A DNA stretch of 62,102 nt, filler included, from Chiloscyllium plagiosum (lineage: Eukaryota): assembly GCF_004010195.1 (NCBI RefSeq). It is 4 parts of one record of this genome, joined end to end, with 100 filler letters (N's around TTAATTAATTAA, not from the genome) between each part and the next. Parts side by side here need not be neighbours in the genome. Positions count along the whole stretch, not along the records: positions 25,679 to 49,982 come from NC_057716.1; positions 50,083 to 57,789 come from NC_057716.1; 2 more parts are not named here. One strand, given 5' to 3'. The first letter of the stretch is position 1; every line of letters starts with the position of its first letter. Shown here piece after piece: positions 39,251 through 51,124 of the stretch. Below the pieces are notes generated by a model. The model made no database searches. It was given only the letters and a program-made list of their open reading frames with translations, and was not told the DNA's origin. Made by a program: the position numbers and the translations under genes.

Positions 39251-39974
39251 TATACCTGTAACCCTTTCAATACCAATCTACTTGCAACCACTTCAATGTT
39301 CACATATCATGAATGTAATCAAGACTAATCCATCTGTAACAGCTTCAACAGTGACATGGCCTAGTTTATTGACAACATATCCCCCCTTTCAAGACTGATA
39401 CAGCCTATAATCCCTTTTAATACGAGTACAGCAGTGACCGATTCACTATAACACAGCTGTAGTCCTATTCACTTTTGTGGACCCAGCTTTAAAAGCCCCT
39501 CCCATGCTCTGCTCTGTCATGGACTCCCTCCAACAACTCCTCCTGTTTGAGTCCATCGGCATCCTGCCTGAAGCCAGGTTCCTTGCCCTGTTGAAACTGC
39601 ACACACACTCCAGAATTTCACAGACAGCTACCTGCACCAAGCTGGATCATTATTACGTGGCTTTTCAACCTGTCCTCTCAAATATACTAGACATATTCAT
39701 GGTACCTGGCTTCTTAAGAGTCACAACTTTTACAGCTTTTCCTAAGAATAGACTGCAACACCTTGATGCCTAACAGCATCGAGATTGCAATAACAAGAGC
39801 ACAGAGACTTCCAACTGCCCTTAGGATTTCACTCACTGCTCACTGCACAGAACATATGTTATCCTCCCTGCAGGACATCTTGAAAAAAACAGTCATAATA
39901 TGGAGTCTGGCTCTGTCTCTTTCAATAACTGATTGTCCTTCAGTTCCTGTCTCTATTCTCTGGGACAGCTCTTT

Positions 39975-40420
39975 AATCAGCCAGCATTTACCCCTTGAGG
40001 AGGTGGGGGTGAGCTGCCTTCTTGAACCGCTGCAGTCCATGTGCTGTGGGTAGACCCACAATGCCCTTAGGGAGGGAATTCCAGGATTCTGACCCAGAGA
40101 CACTGAAGGAACGGCGATATATTTCCAAGTCAGGATGGTGAGGGGCTGGGAGGGGAACTTGCAGGGGGTGATGTTCCCGTGTATCTGCTGCCCTTGTCCT
40201 TCTCGATGGAAGTGGTTGTGGGTTTGGAAGGTGCTGTCTGAGGGTCTTTGGTGAGTTTCTGCAGTGCATCTTGTTAATAGTACACACTGCTACTACTGAG
40301 CGTTAGGGGTGGAGAGAGTGATGTTTGTGGATGTGATGCCAATTGTTCTGGATGGTGTTATTGGAGCTGCCCCCAGCCAGGCAAGTGGGGAGTATTCCAT
40401 CACACTCCAGACTTGGGCCT
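39975..40420 (-). mobile_element. Second LINE family 3' end
   Basis: ORF 39988-40287 CTINKMHCRNSPK...RFKKAAHPHLLKG. Confidence 0.82.
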
Positions 40421-40510
40421 TGTGCTTCTGAATAGCCATCATTCCACTTTTAGAAAATTGTTGCAAATGCACCCCTCAGTCCCTCTGTCCATGCAACCCT
40501 TTCAAACTGG

Positions 40511-40727
40511 AGGAGAAAGTGAGGTCTGCAGATGCTGGAGATCAGAGCTGAAAATGTGTTGCTGGAAAAGCGCAGCAGGTCAGGCAGCATCCAGGGAACA
40601 GGAGAATCGACGTTTCGGGCATAAGCCCTTCTTCAGGAATCCTGAAGAAGGGCTTATGCCCGAAATGTCGATTCTCCTGTTCCCTGGATGCTGCCTGACC
40701 TGCTGCACTCTTCCAGCAACACATTTT
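40511..40727. mobile_element. Family-A Penelope-derived hairpin with a 17-bp direct repeat (TSD) and hammerhead motifs on both strands
   Basis: CAACCCTTTCAAACTGG at 40494-40510 and 40728-40744; near-perfect palindrome centred at ~40639. Confidence 0.88.
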
Positions 40728-41869
40728 CAACCCTTTCAAACTGGGTCATTAAGACTATATTAGCTCTTCCTAACCCTCACATTTCTCTGCTCGTCGGATG
40801 CTGCCTGAACTGCTGTGCTCTTCCAGCACCACTAATCCAGAATCTGGTTTCCAGCATCTGCAGTCATTGTTTTTACCTTTTTGCTCATTTTACCAGTCTA
40901 TCTAAATGCAGTCACTGTGAATTCGAATAATCAGGGAGTATTATTATTCTTTGTTCCAATTTCCTAGTTGTTTACATCAACAGTAGGTTAGTTAAGGTCA
41001 TGGTTAGTTCACTGAAAAATCATGATTTGAAGTCAAACAGCTTTGAGAAACATTGGTTCCCACAGGAATTAGTGATAAATCTGGAGTTAGATTTTAGAAG
41101 GCTCCCTTGTAAGAAAAAGGAATAAAACATTAAACTCTGCAAGTTGATATATGTATAGCTGATTAAATTACTACATTTCTCAAAATCAAATACATTTATA
41201 AATGCAATAAAAATTGCAACCCTGAGTTCCAAAGGAAAAAAAATTGAACCAAATTTGAAAATGCTTTTCCCATCTCAGTCCCTCTGCCACCTTATACCCA
41301 GCTGTGCTAGTTCACCCAGACAGATGGTAATACAATTCCTGTCTTTTAAATTAATTCAGTAATGTTTGCATTCCTAGTTGGCCAACATCTACTGCCCCGT
41401 CCTCAAAATCTACTGCCCCATCTGAAGGACCTTAGTGAGCCTTTACACTAATTGACAGTGGTTACACAGTTACACTTTGACTAGCTACTGTGCCTTCTGG
41501 TCCTAGACTCTCCAATAAGGTGAAACAACCTTTCCACATCCCCCCTGTCAAGTCCTCTCAGAACCTTGTACATTTCAATAAGGTCTCCTCTCACTCTTCT
41601 AACCCACATTGAGTACAGGCCCAACCTACTCAGTCTCTCCTCATAAGACAGTCCCTTCATCCCCGGGATCAGCCGAGTGAACTTTCTCTGGTCTGCCCCC
41701 AATGTCAGTCTTTCCTTAGATAAGAGGGGCCCAAAACTCTTCACAGTATTCCAGCTGTGGTCTCACTAGTGCTTTCAATAGTTTGAAAAAACCTTCTTAC
41801 TTTTATACTTCATTCCCTATGGAATAAAGGCCAACCTTCCCCATTACTCACTGAACATGGACAGAAGAT

Positions 41870-42290
41870 TTTCCGAAACCTCCAAATACCTCATCTACAG
41901 TGTCCGTTGCTCTTGATGTGATCTCCTCTACACTGGGGAGTCAGGATGCCAACTTGTGGAACATTTCAGGGAACATCTCTGTAACACCCACACCAACCAG
42001 TCCCATCGCCCCGTGGTCAAACACTTTAACTCCCCCTCCCGATCCACCAAGGACATGCAGGTCCTGGGCCTCCTCCACCACCCGATGCCTGGAGGAAGAA
42101 TGCCTCATCTTCCACCTTGGGACCCTGCAACCACATGGAATCAATGTCAATTTCACCAATTTCCTCACTTCCCCTCCCCCCACCTTGTCCCAGTTCCAAC
42201 TGTCCAACTCAGCACCACCCTCTTGAACGGTCTTGACTCTCCTGCTTCCTGGATGTTGCCTGAACTGTTTTGCTTTCCAGTGCTGCATTT
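41870..42290 (+). mobile_element. Penelope-like GIY-YIG endonuclease 3' fragment
   Basis: LIYSVRCS*CDLLYTGES, EHFREHL, RPVVKHFNSPS, LEEECLIFHLGTLQPHGINV.F. Confidence 0.85.
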
Positions 42291-43067
42291 TTGACCCATT
42301 TCAATAATATTCACCTCCTCTATTCTTCCTGCCAAAGTGTGTAACCATATATTTCCCCACATTATAATTCCTGCTGCCAGGTTTTTGCTCATTGCCTGTA
42401 TCCCTCTGCAGATTCTTTGTGTCATTGCCTTCCCACCTATTTTTATATTTTCCACCAGCTTGGTTACAGTATATTCACTTCCCTCATCTAAATCATTCAT
42501 CCAGATTGTAAATAATCATGGCCCCAGCACTGATCCCTGTGGCACTCCACTAGTTATAGGTTAGCATCCTGAAAGTGGCCTCTTTTTACCAACTCCTTGT
42601 CCTCCATTAGTTAGCTCATCCTCTATCCTGGCCAATATACTACCTCCAACATCATAGGCTCTTAACATTTTCAGTAGCTGAACATGAGAACCTTATCAAA
42701 TGGCTTCCGAAAGTCCAAATATACACCTGGTCCTTGGCAGGATCCATAACATACTGTTCTGGGAAACTGTCCTGAACACAACATGAATTCTTCCTTATAG
42801 CTCCCTCTGTCAATCTGACTATCACAATCTACATGAAGGTTAAAGTCATCCATGATTAATTTACTGCCTTTGTTATATGCCCTTGTTATCTCCTGACTTA
42901 CTGACCCCTCCTTCCATTCAGCTACAGTTAAGGGTATACAGACTACTCCTACCAGAGGCTTCTTGCTCTTATTATTTCTGACCTACATCCGTGTGGATCC
43001 TACACCATCCGATTCAAGATCATTTCCTGCTCTCGTTCTTACTCCACCCCCCACCAGCAAAGCCACA

Positions 43068-43305
43068 TGTCGTTATGGTAATGAAGTCAGCCAGCTGGAC
43101 CCCATAGAATCTGAGTTCCCTGATTGGGGCTATTAACCTGGTCCAATCAGGGAGCCCTGGCTGGCTGATATAAACAGGGGGGTGTCAGAGATACTGAAAC
43201 TCTGGCAGCTGACTCTGTGTGAGGCAGGACGATAGTGCAGGACTCTCCGTGTGTAAGTAAAGGGGGACTTGGTGATGGGGTACCAGTCTCTGTGGAGTTG
43301 CTTCA
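43068..43305 (+). mobile_element. Solo LTR (238 bp)
   Basis: TG...CA ends inside a CR1; internal inverted CCCTGATTGG/CCAATCAGGG; TATA-like GATATAAA; AGTAAA polyA-like signal. Confidence 0.65.
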
Positions 43306-43889
43306 CCATCCCTTCCTTTCAAACACTCACATACCCCTGAATATTGAGTTCGCAGCTTTGATCTCCAAGGAACCTTGTCTCTGTAATGACGACAAGACCA
43401 TACCCATTAACCTTGATTTGTGCCATTACTTCATTTGTTTAGTTTCAAATACAATGCACATTCAAGTAATGAGCTATTGATTTGACTTTGTACCATTTTT
43501 TCTCCCCCATGACTCTATTTGCTGTGGCTTTTCACTGAATGTTTCCTCTGTCACTTCCTCCCCACTCTGGATATCATTATCCAAATAACTGCTATATAAT
43601 GCACTCATAGGGTCATGGAGTTATACAACACGAAAGCAGATCCTTCACTCTAACTTATATGGCCCAAATATTCTAAACTGATCCAGTCCCATTTCGTCTT
43701 GCTTTGTAAACCTACATTCACCCTCTCCCAAACCCCCTCTCATTAATGTAGAGCCCTCTCAGCAGCTCTGCATATTTGACCTTAAAGGACACTGGCCCAA
43801 GTTCAGTTCAACTGAAGTCCGTCCCACAGGAACAGCTCTCTTCTACCCCAGGATTGTGCCAGTGCCCCATGAACTCAAACCCATTCCAC

Positions 43890-44280
43890 CCACACCAATC
43901 ATTGAGCCAGGGGTGTACTATCTACAAGGTGCACCGCAGAAATTCTTCATTGTGGACAGATCCTCAGACAGCACCTTCCAAACCCATGACCACTTCCATC
44001 TAGAAGGACATGGGCAGCAGATACATGGGAACACCACCCCCTGCAAGTTCCCCTCCAAGCCCCTCACCATCCTGACTTGGAAATATATCGCCGTTCCTTC
44101 AGTGTCACTGGGTCAGAATCCTGGAATTCCCTCCCTAAGGGCATTGTGGGTCTACCCACAGCACATGGACTGCAGCAGTTCAAGAAGGCAGCTCACCCCC
44201 ACCTTCTCAAGGCACTTGGGGGGACTGGCATAAATGCTGGGCCCGGTCAGTGATACCAATGTCCTGTGAATGAATTAAAA
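43890..44280 (+). mobile_element. Second LINE family 3' end
   Basis: Near-identical to the other copies. Confidence 0.82.
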
Positions 44281-44588
44281 TAAATCAACATTAACCTCTC
44301 AGATCAGTATCCTGCCAAATGCTTAATGGATTTTTCGAAGATTCAATTAAATCGCGCCCTTAACCTTCATTGTTCTGAGGGCAATTAGGGATGAGCAATA
44401 AATGCTGCTCCAAACAGCGACAACCCTTACTCATGAGTTCACTAAAAAGAACAATCTCAGTGTCTCCAGTCTTTCCATATTCACTGAGACCCCTTATCTT
44501 TTGTCCTGTTTGAATGAATCTCCTCGTGGACTCTCCATGGCTGTGAGCAGAAATAAATAATTGAGACTAAAATCAGTCTGTCACTTAC

Positions 44589-44713
44589 TTTCCATCATCG
44601 CCATGATAACCAGCAGAACAGGTGTCAGAGCCAGGCAGCTGCCTTAGGTTATAGTCATAGGGAACAGCTCCCACTGCGATGGAACCTCGCACACCACAGC
44701 CTGTGATAAGAAC
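44589..44713 (-). CDS. SPRYD3: Internal coding exon of the SPRYD3-like gene: VLITGCGVRGSIAVGAVPYDYNLRQLPGSDTCSAGYHGDDG(K)
   Basis: Acceptor tgctctgtttttgacag|GTT and donor GGAAA|gtaagt; 125 nt, phase 0 to phase 2, no stop. Matches SPRYD3 VSIVDSGVRGTIAVGLVP...PGW...YHADDGK as remembered. Not present in the ORF track in this frame. Confidence 0.88.
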
Positions 44714-45099
44714 CTGTCAAAAACAGAGCAAACCAATGATCAGAAAGAGACAGCAAGACCAGGGGAGCACAGACTGTATACCTGAGCACACAGGGAGCCT
44801 CTCCAACAACTGATCGAGCTGGACAGTACTCCTTAAACTCGAACATCCAACACATCCTTCTATCTTACCTAACAAAGTACTTTTCTCTGAAATTCTGTAA
44901 TAGTGAACAGAGGACTGCCCACAGTTCCTGCAGGAGATCAGAACAAGCCCAGGTCAAGGGAATTGAAGGGAATAAGTAGAAATGCAATGAGAGATTGTTC
45001 GAGTTACTGTGGGAATTCACAGCCTCGTATCCTGGTCAAATACAGCATAGGAACGGAGGGTTACAGACTGTGTAAAACTCACAATGCCAATCTCATCAA

Positions 45100-46295
45100 A
45101 CACCCCTTTAAGAAGGGCCCTCATAACAGACTGGTCAAGAAAGTACAAGCCCATATGAAGACAAAGTGGTTTATTGGACCAAAACTGGCCGAGAGGCAGG
45201 AAGTAGAGGATGATGGTACAGGGATGTTTCTGTGAGTGGGAATCTGTTTCCATTGGGTTACACAAAGCTCGGTATAGGAACCTTACTGTTTGTGGTGTAC
45301 ATTAATGGTTTGTACTTGAATGTAGGGGGATGATCAACATGGTGTGGGTTACATAAACATTATTCAGGTAGTAAATAGTGAGGGGGACAGCCATAAACTG
45401 TAAGAGGATATTAACAGACTGGTCAGCTGGGTGGGGGAATGATAAATCAAATTCCACCCAGAAAGGTGTGGTGTAATGCACTTAGGGAGATCTACACTGA
45501 GAATGGTAGGACCTGGAAAGTACTGAAGATTAGAGGGGCCTTGGTGTGAATATAAACAGACCCAATAGGGCAGGTGGATAAAGTGGTTAAGTAGGGGGAC
45601 AGCCCAATGCCTCCAATGCCCCAGGGAAAGTAGCCCCCATCTATTTAGCTCTCCCTATAACTCCAACCCTCCAACAGCCATGTAATTTTTTTCTGCACCC
45701 TCTCAAGTTTAACAACACCCTTCCAAGAGCAGGACAAACAGACATGTATCCATTACTCCAGGAGTGACCTCACCAACGTCCTGTACTACCACCACATGAC
45801 CTCCCAACTTCAATACTCAATGTTATGACCAATGAAGGCAAGTATGCTAAATGCTTCTTCACTATCCTGTCCACCCACAACTCTACTTTCAAGGAGCTAT
45901 TGACATGCTGCCCTAGATCATTATAGAGGTTTATAAAATCATGAGGAGCGTGGATAAGATGAATAGACAAGGTATGTTTATGAAGGTGGGGAGTCCAAAA
46001 CCAGAGGGCATAAGTTTAGGGTGAGAGGGGAAAGATATAAAAGGGAACTAAGGGGCAACTTTTTCACACAGAGGGTGGTGTGTGTATGGAATGAGCTGCC
46101 AGAGGAATTGGTGGAGGCTGGTACAATTACAGCATTTAAAAGCCATCTGGATGGGTAAATCAATAGAAAAGGTTTAGAGGGATGTGGGCCAAGTGCTAGC
46201 AAATGGGGCTGGATTAGGTTAGGACATCTGGTCAACATGAATGAGCTGGACCGAAGGGTCTGTTTCCATGCTGTACATCTCTGTGACTCTGTGAC
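45100..46295. mobile_element. Three CR1 fragments (plus, minus, plus)
   Basis: CR1 RT and tail motifs; CTCTGTGA tail at ~46280. Confidence 0.75.
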
Positions 46296-46504
46296 TGTAA
46301 TAGAGTCCAGCAGTTTCCCAGTGATTGGTGTGAGAATAACTAGCTGCTCATTCCCAGTTTGGTCTCCTCCCTCATTCCTTCAGAAGCTGAGTTCCTTTAT
46401 CAAATTATTCATTGGGAGAGGATGTAGACTGGAGAAAGAGCACAGGGGATTGCATTAATTGTGTAGGCCTTTTCATGAGCCAGCACAGGCATCTTGGGCA
46501 GAAT

Positions 46505-46613
46505 GGTGGCACGGTGGCACAGTGGTTAGCACTGCTGCCTCACAGCGCCAGAGACCCGGGTTCAATTCCCACCTCAGGCAACTGACTGTGTGGAGTTTGC
46601 ACCTTCTCCCCTT
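46505..46613 (+). mobile_element. Young HE1-type SINE truncated by a gap
   Basis: Near-identical head to the 16464 and 57180 copies. Confidence 0.9.
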
Positions 46614-47113
46614 NNNNNNNNNNNNNNNNNNNNNNNNNNNNNNNNNNNNNNNNNNNNNNNNNNNNNNNNNNNNNNNNNNNNNNNNNNNNNNNNNNNNNNN
46701 NNNNNNNNNNNNNNNNNNNNNNNNNNNNNNNNNNNNNNNNNNNNNNNNNNNNNNNNNNNNNNNNNNNNNNNNNNNNNNNNNNNNNNNNNNNNNNNNNNNN
46801 NNNNNNNNNNNNNNNNNNNNNNNNNNNNNNNNNNNNNNNNNNNNNNNNNNNNNNNNNNNNNNNNNNNNNNNNNNNNNNNNNNNNNNNNNNNNNNNNNNNN
46901 NNNNNNNNNNNNNNNNNNNNNNNNNNNNNNNNNNNNNNNNNNNNNNNNNNNNNNNNNNNNNNNNNNNNNNNNNNNNNNNNNNNNNNNNNNNNNNNNNNNN
47001 NNNNNNNNNNNNNNNNNNNNNNNNNNNNNNNNNNNNNNNNNNNNNNNNNNNNNNNNNNNNNNNNNNNNNNNNNNNNNNNNNNNNNNNNNNNNNNNNNNNN
47101 NNNNNNNNNNNNN

Positions 47114-47670
47114 CTGTGCCCTTGGGTCCTCGTCTCTCCTGCCAACGGAAATATCTTTCCAATGTCCACTTCTGTTCAAATAGTTCAGTCTTCGGTCAGT
47201 TGTATTCAGATCTCCCCTCATTCTTCAAAACTACATCGTGTATGGTCTCAGGGTCCTCAAACATTCCTCATATATTAAGCCTTTCATTCTTGGCATCATT
47301 CACATGGACCTTGTCTAGATCTGCTCGAGGAACAACACATCCTTCCTGAGATATGGGGACCAAAATTGCTCTCAATACTCTAAATGTGGTCTGACCAGCG
47401 CCTTATAAAGCCTACAAAGTATATCCTTGCTTTTATATTCTAGTCCTCTCAAGGTTATTGCATTTGCCTCCCTAACTAACAACTTAACCTGCAAAGTTAC
47501 CTTAAGAGAAACCTGGACTAGGGCTCCCAAGTCTCTTTGCACTTTAGATTTCTGGATTTTCTGCCCATTTAGAAAATAGTCCATGTCTAAATTCTTCCGA
47601 CCAAAGTGCATGACCTCACACTTTCCCATTTAGTATTTCATCTGGCACTTCTTTGCCCACATTCCTAATT
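47114..47670 (-). mobile_element. CR1 LINE fragment
   Basis: KCEVMHFGRKN...VQRDLG...YKALVRPHLEY. Confidence 0.88.
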
Positions 47671-49982
47671 AGGAGAAAGTGAGGACTGCAGATGCTGGAG
47701 ACCAGAGTTGAAAAATGTGGTGCTTGAAAGGCGCAGCAGGTCAGGCAGTATCCAAGGAGCAGGAGAATCGACGTTTCGGGCATAAGCCCTTCTTCAGGAA
47801 TGAGGAGGGTGTGCCAAGCGGGCTAAGATAAAAAGTAGGGAGAAGAGGCTTAGGGGAGGGGCGTTGGGAATCTGATAGGTGGAAGGAGGTTAAGGTGAGG
47901 GTGATAGGCCGGAGAGGGGGNNNNNNNNNNNNNNNNNNNNNNNNNNNNNNNNNNNNNNNNNNNNNNNNNNNNNNNNNNNNNNNNNNNNNNNNNNNNNNNN
48001 NNNNNNNNNNNNNNNNNNNNNNNNNNNNNNNNNNNNNNNNNNNNNNNNNNNNNNNNNNNNNNNNNNNNNNNNNNNNNNNNNNNNNNNNNNNNNNNNNNNN
48101 NNNNNNNNNNNNNNNNNNNNNNNNNNNNNNNNNNNNNNNNNNNNNNNNNNNNNNNNNNNNNNNNNNNNNNNNNNNNNNNNNNNNNNNNNNNNNNNNNNNN
48201 NNNNNNNNNNNNNNNNNNNNNNNNNNNNNNNNNNNNNNNNNNNNNNNNNNNNNNNNNNNNNNNNNNNNNNNNNNNNNNNNNNNNNNNNNNNNNNNNNNNN
48301 NNNNNNNNNNNNNNNNNNNNNNNNNNNNNNNNNNNNNNNNNNNNNNNNNNNNNNNNNNNNNNNNTGGTAGGTGAGGACCAGTGGGGTTCTGTCCTGGTGG
48401 CGGTTGGAGGGGCGGGGTTCAAGGGCGGAGGAGCGGGAAGTGGAGGAGATGCGGTGGAGAGCATCATTAACCACGTCTGGGGAAATTGTGGTCTTTGAAG
48501 AAGGAGGCCATCTGGGTTGTACGGTATTGGAATTGGTCCCCTTGGGAGCAGATGCGGCGGAGGCGAAGGAATTGGGAATATGGGATGGTGTTTTTACAGG
48601 GGGCAGGGTGGTAGGAGGTGTAATCTAGGTAGCTCCCTCCACTCCAACCCCAACCTCACTATCAAACTGGCAGACAAGGGAGGCACAGTGGTAGTTTGGC
48701 GCACTGACCTTTACACCGCTGAAGCTAGACGCCAACTCGTGGACATCTCCTCCTACTGCCCCCTTGACCATGACCCCACCTCCCACCACCAAACCATCAT
48801 CTCCCAGACCATCCATAACCTCATCACCTCAGGGGATCTCCCATCCACCGCCTCCCACCTCATAGTCCCACAACCCCGCACTGCCCGTTTCTACCTCCTG
48901 CCCAAAATCCACAAACCTGACTGCCCCGGCCAACCCACTGTCTCCGCCTGCTCCTGCCCCACTGAACTGATCTCCGCATACCTTGACACGGTCCTGTCCC
49001 CCTTAGTCCAAGAACTTCCCACCTACGTTTGGGACACCACCCACACCCTCCACCTCCTCCATGATTTTCGCTTCTCCGGCCCCCAACGCCTTATCTTCAC
49101 CATGGACATTCATCCCTGTACACCTCCATCCCCCATCACGAAGGTCTCAAAGCCCTCCGCTTCTTCCTTTCCCGCCGAACCAACAAGTACCCTTCCACTG
49201 ATACCCTCCTTCAACTGACTGAACTGGTCCTCACTCTGAACAATTTCTCTTTCCAATCCTCACACTTCCTCCAAACCAAAGGCGTAGCCATGGGCACCTG
49301 CATGGGCCCCAATTATGATTAGATTAAATTACTTAGTGTGGAAACAGGCCCTTCGGCCCAACAAGTCCACACCGACCCGCCGAAGCGCAACTCACCCTGA
49401 CCCATGCACCTACATTTACCCCTTCACCTAACACTACGGGCAATTTAGCATGGCCAATTCACCTAACCTGCACATCTTTGGACTGTGGGAGGAAATTGGA
49501 GCACCCGGAGGAAACCCACGCAGACACGGGGAGAATGTGCAAACTCCACACAGAGAGTCGCCTGAGGCGGGAATTGAACCCGGGTCTCTGGCACTGTGAG
49601 ACAGCAGTGCTAACCACTGTGCCACCATGCCTGCCTCTTCGTCGGATATGTGCACCAGTCCATCTTCCGCAGCTACACTGGCACCATCTCCCACCGTTTC
49701 CTCCGCTACATCGATGACTGTATTGGCGCAGCCTCATGCTCCCACGAGGAGGTTGAACAGTTCATCCACTTTCCTAACACCTTCCACCCCAACCTCAAAT
49801 TTACCTGGACCATCTCAGACTCCTCCCTCCCCTTCCGATACCTCTCCATTTCTATCACGGGCGACCGACTCAACACGGACGTTTATTATAAACCGACTGA
49901 CTCCCACAGCGACCTAGATTACACCTCCTCCCACCCTGCCCCCTGTAAAAACGCCATCCCATATTCCCAATTCCTTCGCCTC
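47671..49982 (+). mobile_element. Penelope-like retroelement (family A, Neptune-like): inverted 3' segment (47671-48630) followed by a sense RT region
   Basis: TIKLADKGGTVVVW, FYLLPKIHK, FTMDI, GVAMG..MGP, FLRYIDDC, YYKPTDSH, IPYSQFLRL; the left part is the reverse complement of the element's end. Confidence 0.9.
49317..49626 (-). mobile_element. Full-length HE1-type SINE inserted in the Penelope RT
   Basis: Splits MGPNY|ACLFVG; ATG present on both sides. Confidence 0.93.
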
Positions 49983-50082
49983 NNNNNNNNNNNNNNNNNN
50001 NNNNNNNNNNNNNNNNNNNNNNNNNNTTAATTAATTAANNNNNNNNNNNNNNNNNNNNNNNNNNNNNNNNNNNNNNNNNNNN
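49983..50082. other. Artificial scaffold-join spacer N44-TTAATTAATTAA-N44
   Basis: Same 100-nt pattern. Confidence 0.95.
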
Positions 50083-50985
50083 TTGCAGCCTCCCTGCCTC
50101 CTCAATGCTACCTGTCCCTCCATCTAACTTTGGATCATTTACAAACTTAGCCAGAATGCCCTCAGTTCCTTCATCTAGATCATTAATGTATAAAGTGAAA
50201 AGTTGTGGTCCCAAAACCGACCCTTGTGGAACACCACTAATCACCAGCTTCTATCCTGAGAAGGACCTTTTATCCCCACTGTCTGCTTTCTGCCAGATAG
50301 CCAATCTTCTATGCATGCTGGCACTTTGCCCCTAACACTATGGACCCTTATCTTACTCAAACGGCGCTTGTGTGACACATTATTAAAGGCTTTCCTGAAG
50401 TCCAGATAGATATTATCCATTGGTTCTCCTTGGTCTAACCTGTTCATTACCTCCTCAAAGAGTTCTAACAGATTTGTCAGGTATGACCTCCCCTTGATGA
50501 AACCATGCTGACGTTGCACTTCCAAGTATTCAGAGATCTCATCCTTAACAATAGACTCCTAAATCTTACCAACGACTGAGATCAGTCTGATCAGCCTATA
50601 ATTTCCCCTCTTTTGCCTTACTCCTTTCTTATGGGGAGGGGGTGGTTATATTAGTGATTTTCCTGTCTCCTGTGCCCCTCCCTGACTCCAGTGAAACCTG
50701 AAAGATCACCACAAAAGCCTCTATTATTCTCTCCTTGAGAAGGAGTTCGTTGAGTGTATCTGTGATAGTTGCTTGAACAGTATGTAATGGAACTGACGAG
50801 GGAGCAAGCTATCCTAGATCTGGTCTGTAATGAGACTGGAATAATTAATGATCTCATAGTCAGGGACCCTCTTGGAAGGAGTGATCACGGTGTGGTTGAG
50901 TTTAGAATACAGATGGAGAGTGTGAAGACAAAATCCAATACCAGAGTCCTGTGCTTAAACAAGGTGAGGCTACAATAGAATGAGG
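50083..50985. mobile_element. CR1 fragments (RT on minus to ~50725; endonuclease end on plus 50735-50985)
   Basis: [39 protein letters not shown]. Confidence 0.85.
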
Positions 50986-51124
50986 AAAGAAAAAAGAAAA
51001 TTACTGCAGATGCTGGAATCTGAAACCAGCTTTGACATAGGGTCAGTTAGACTCGAAATGTCAGCTCTTTTCTCTCCTTACAGATGCTTCCAGACCTGAG
51101 ATTTTCCAGCATTTTCTCTTTTAG

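Larger units (their letters stand above)
41480..43560 (-). mobile_element. Older CR1 LINE carrying nested Penelope and solo-LTR inserts
   Basis: KFTRLIPGMKGLSYEERL, NDLDEG, YLDFRKPFDKV. Confidence 0.75.
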
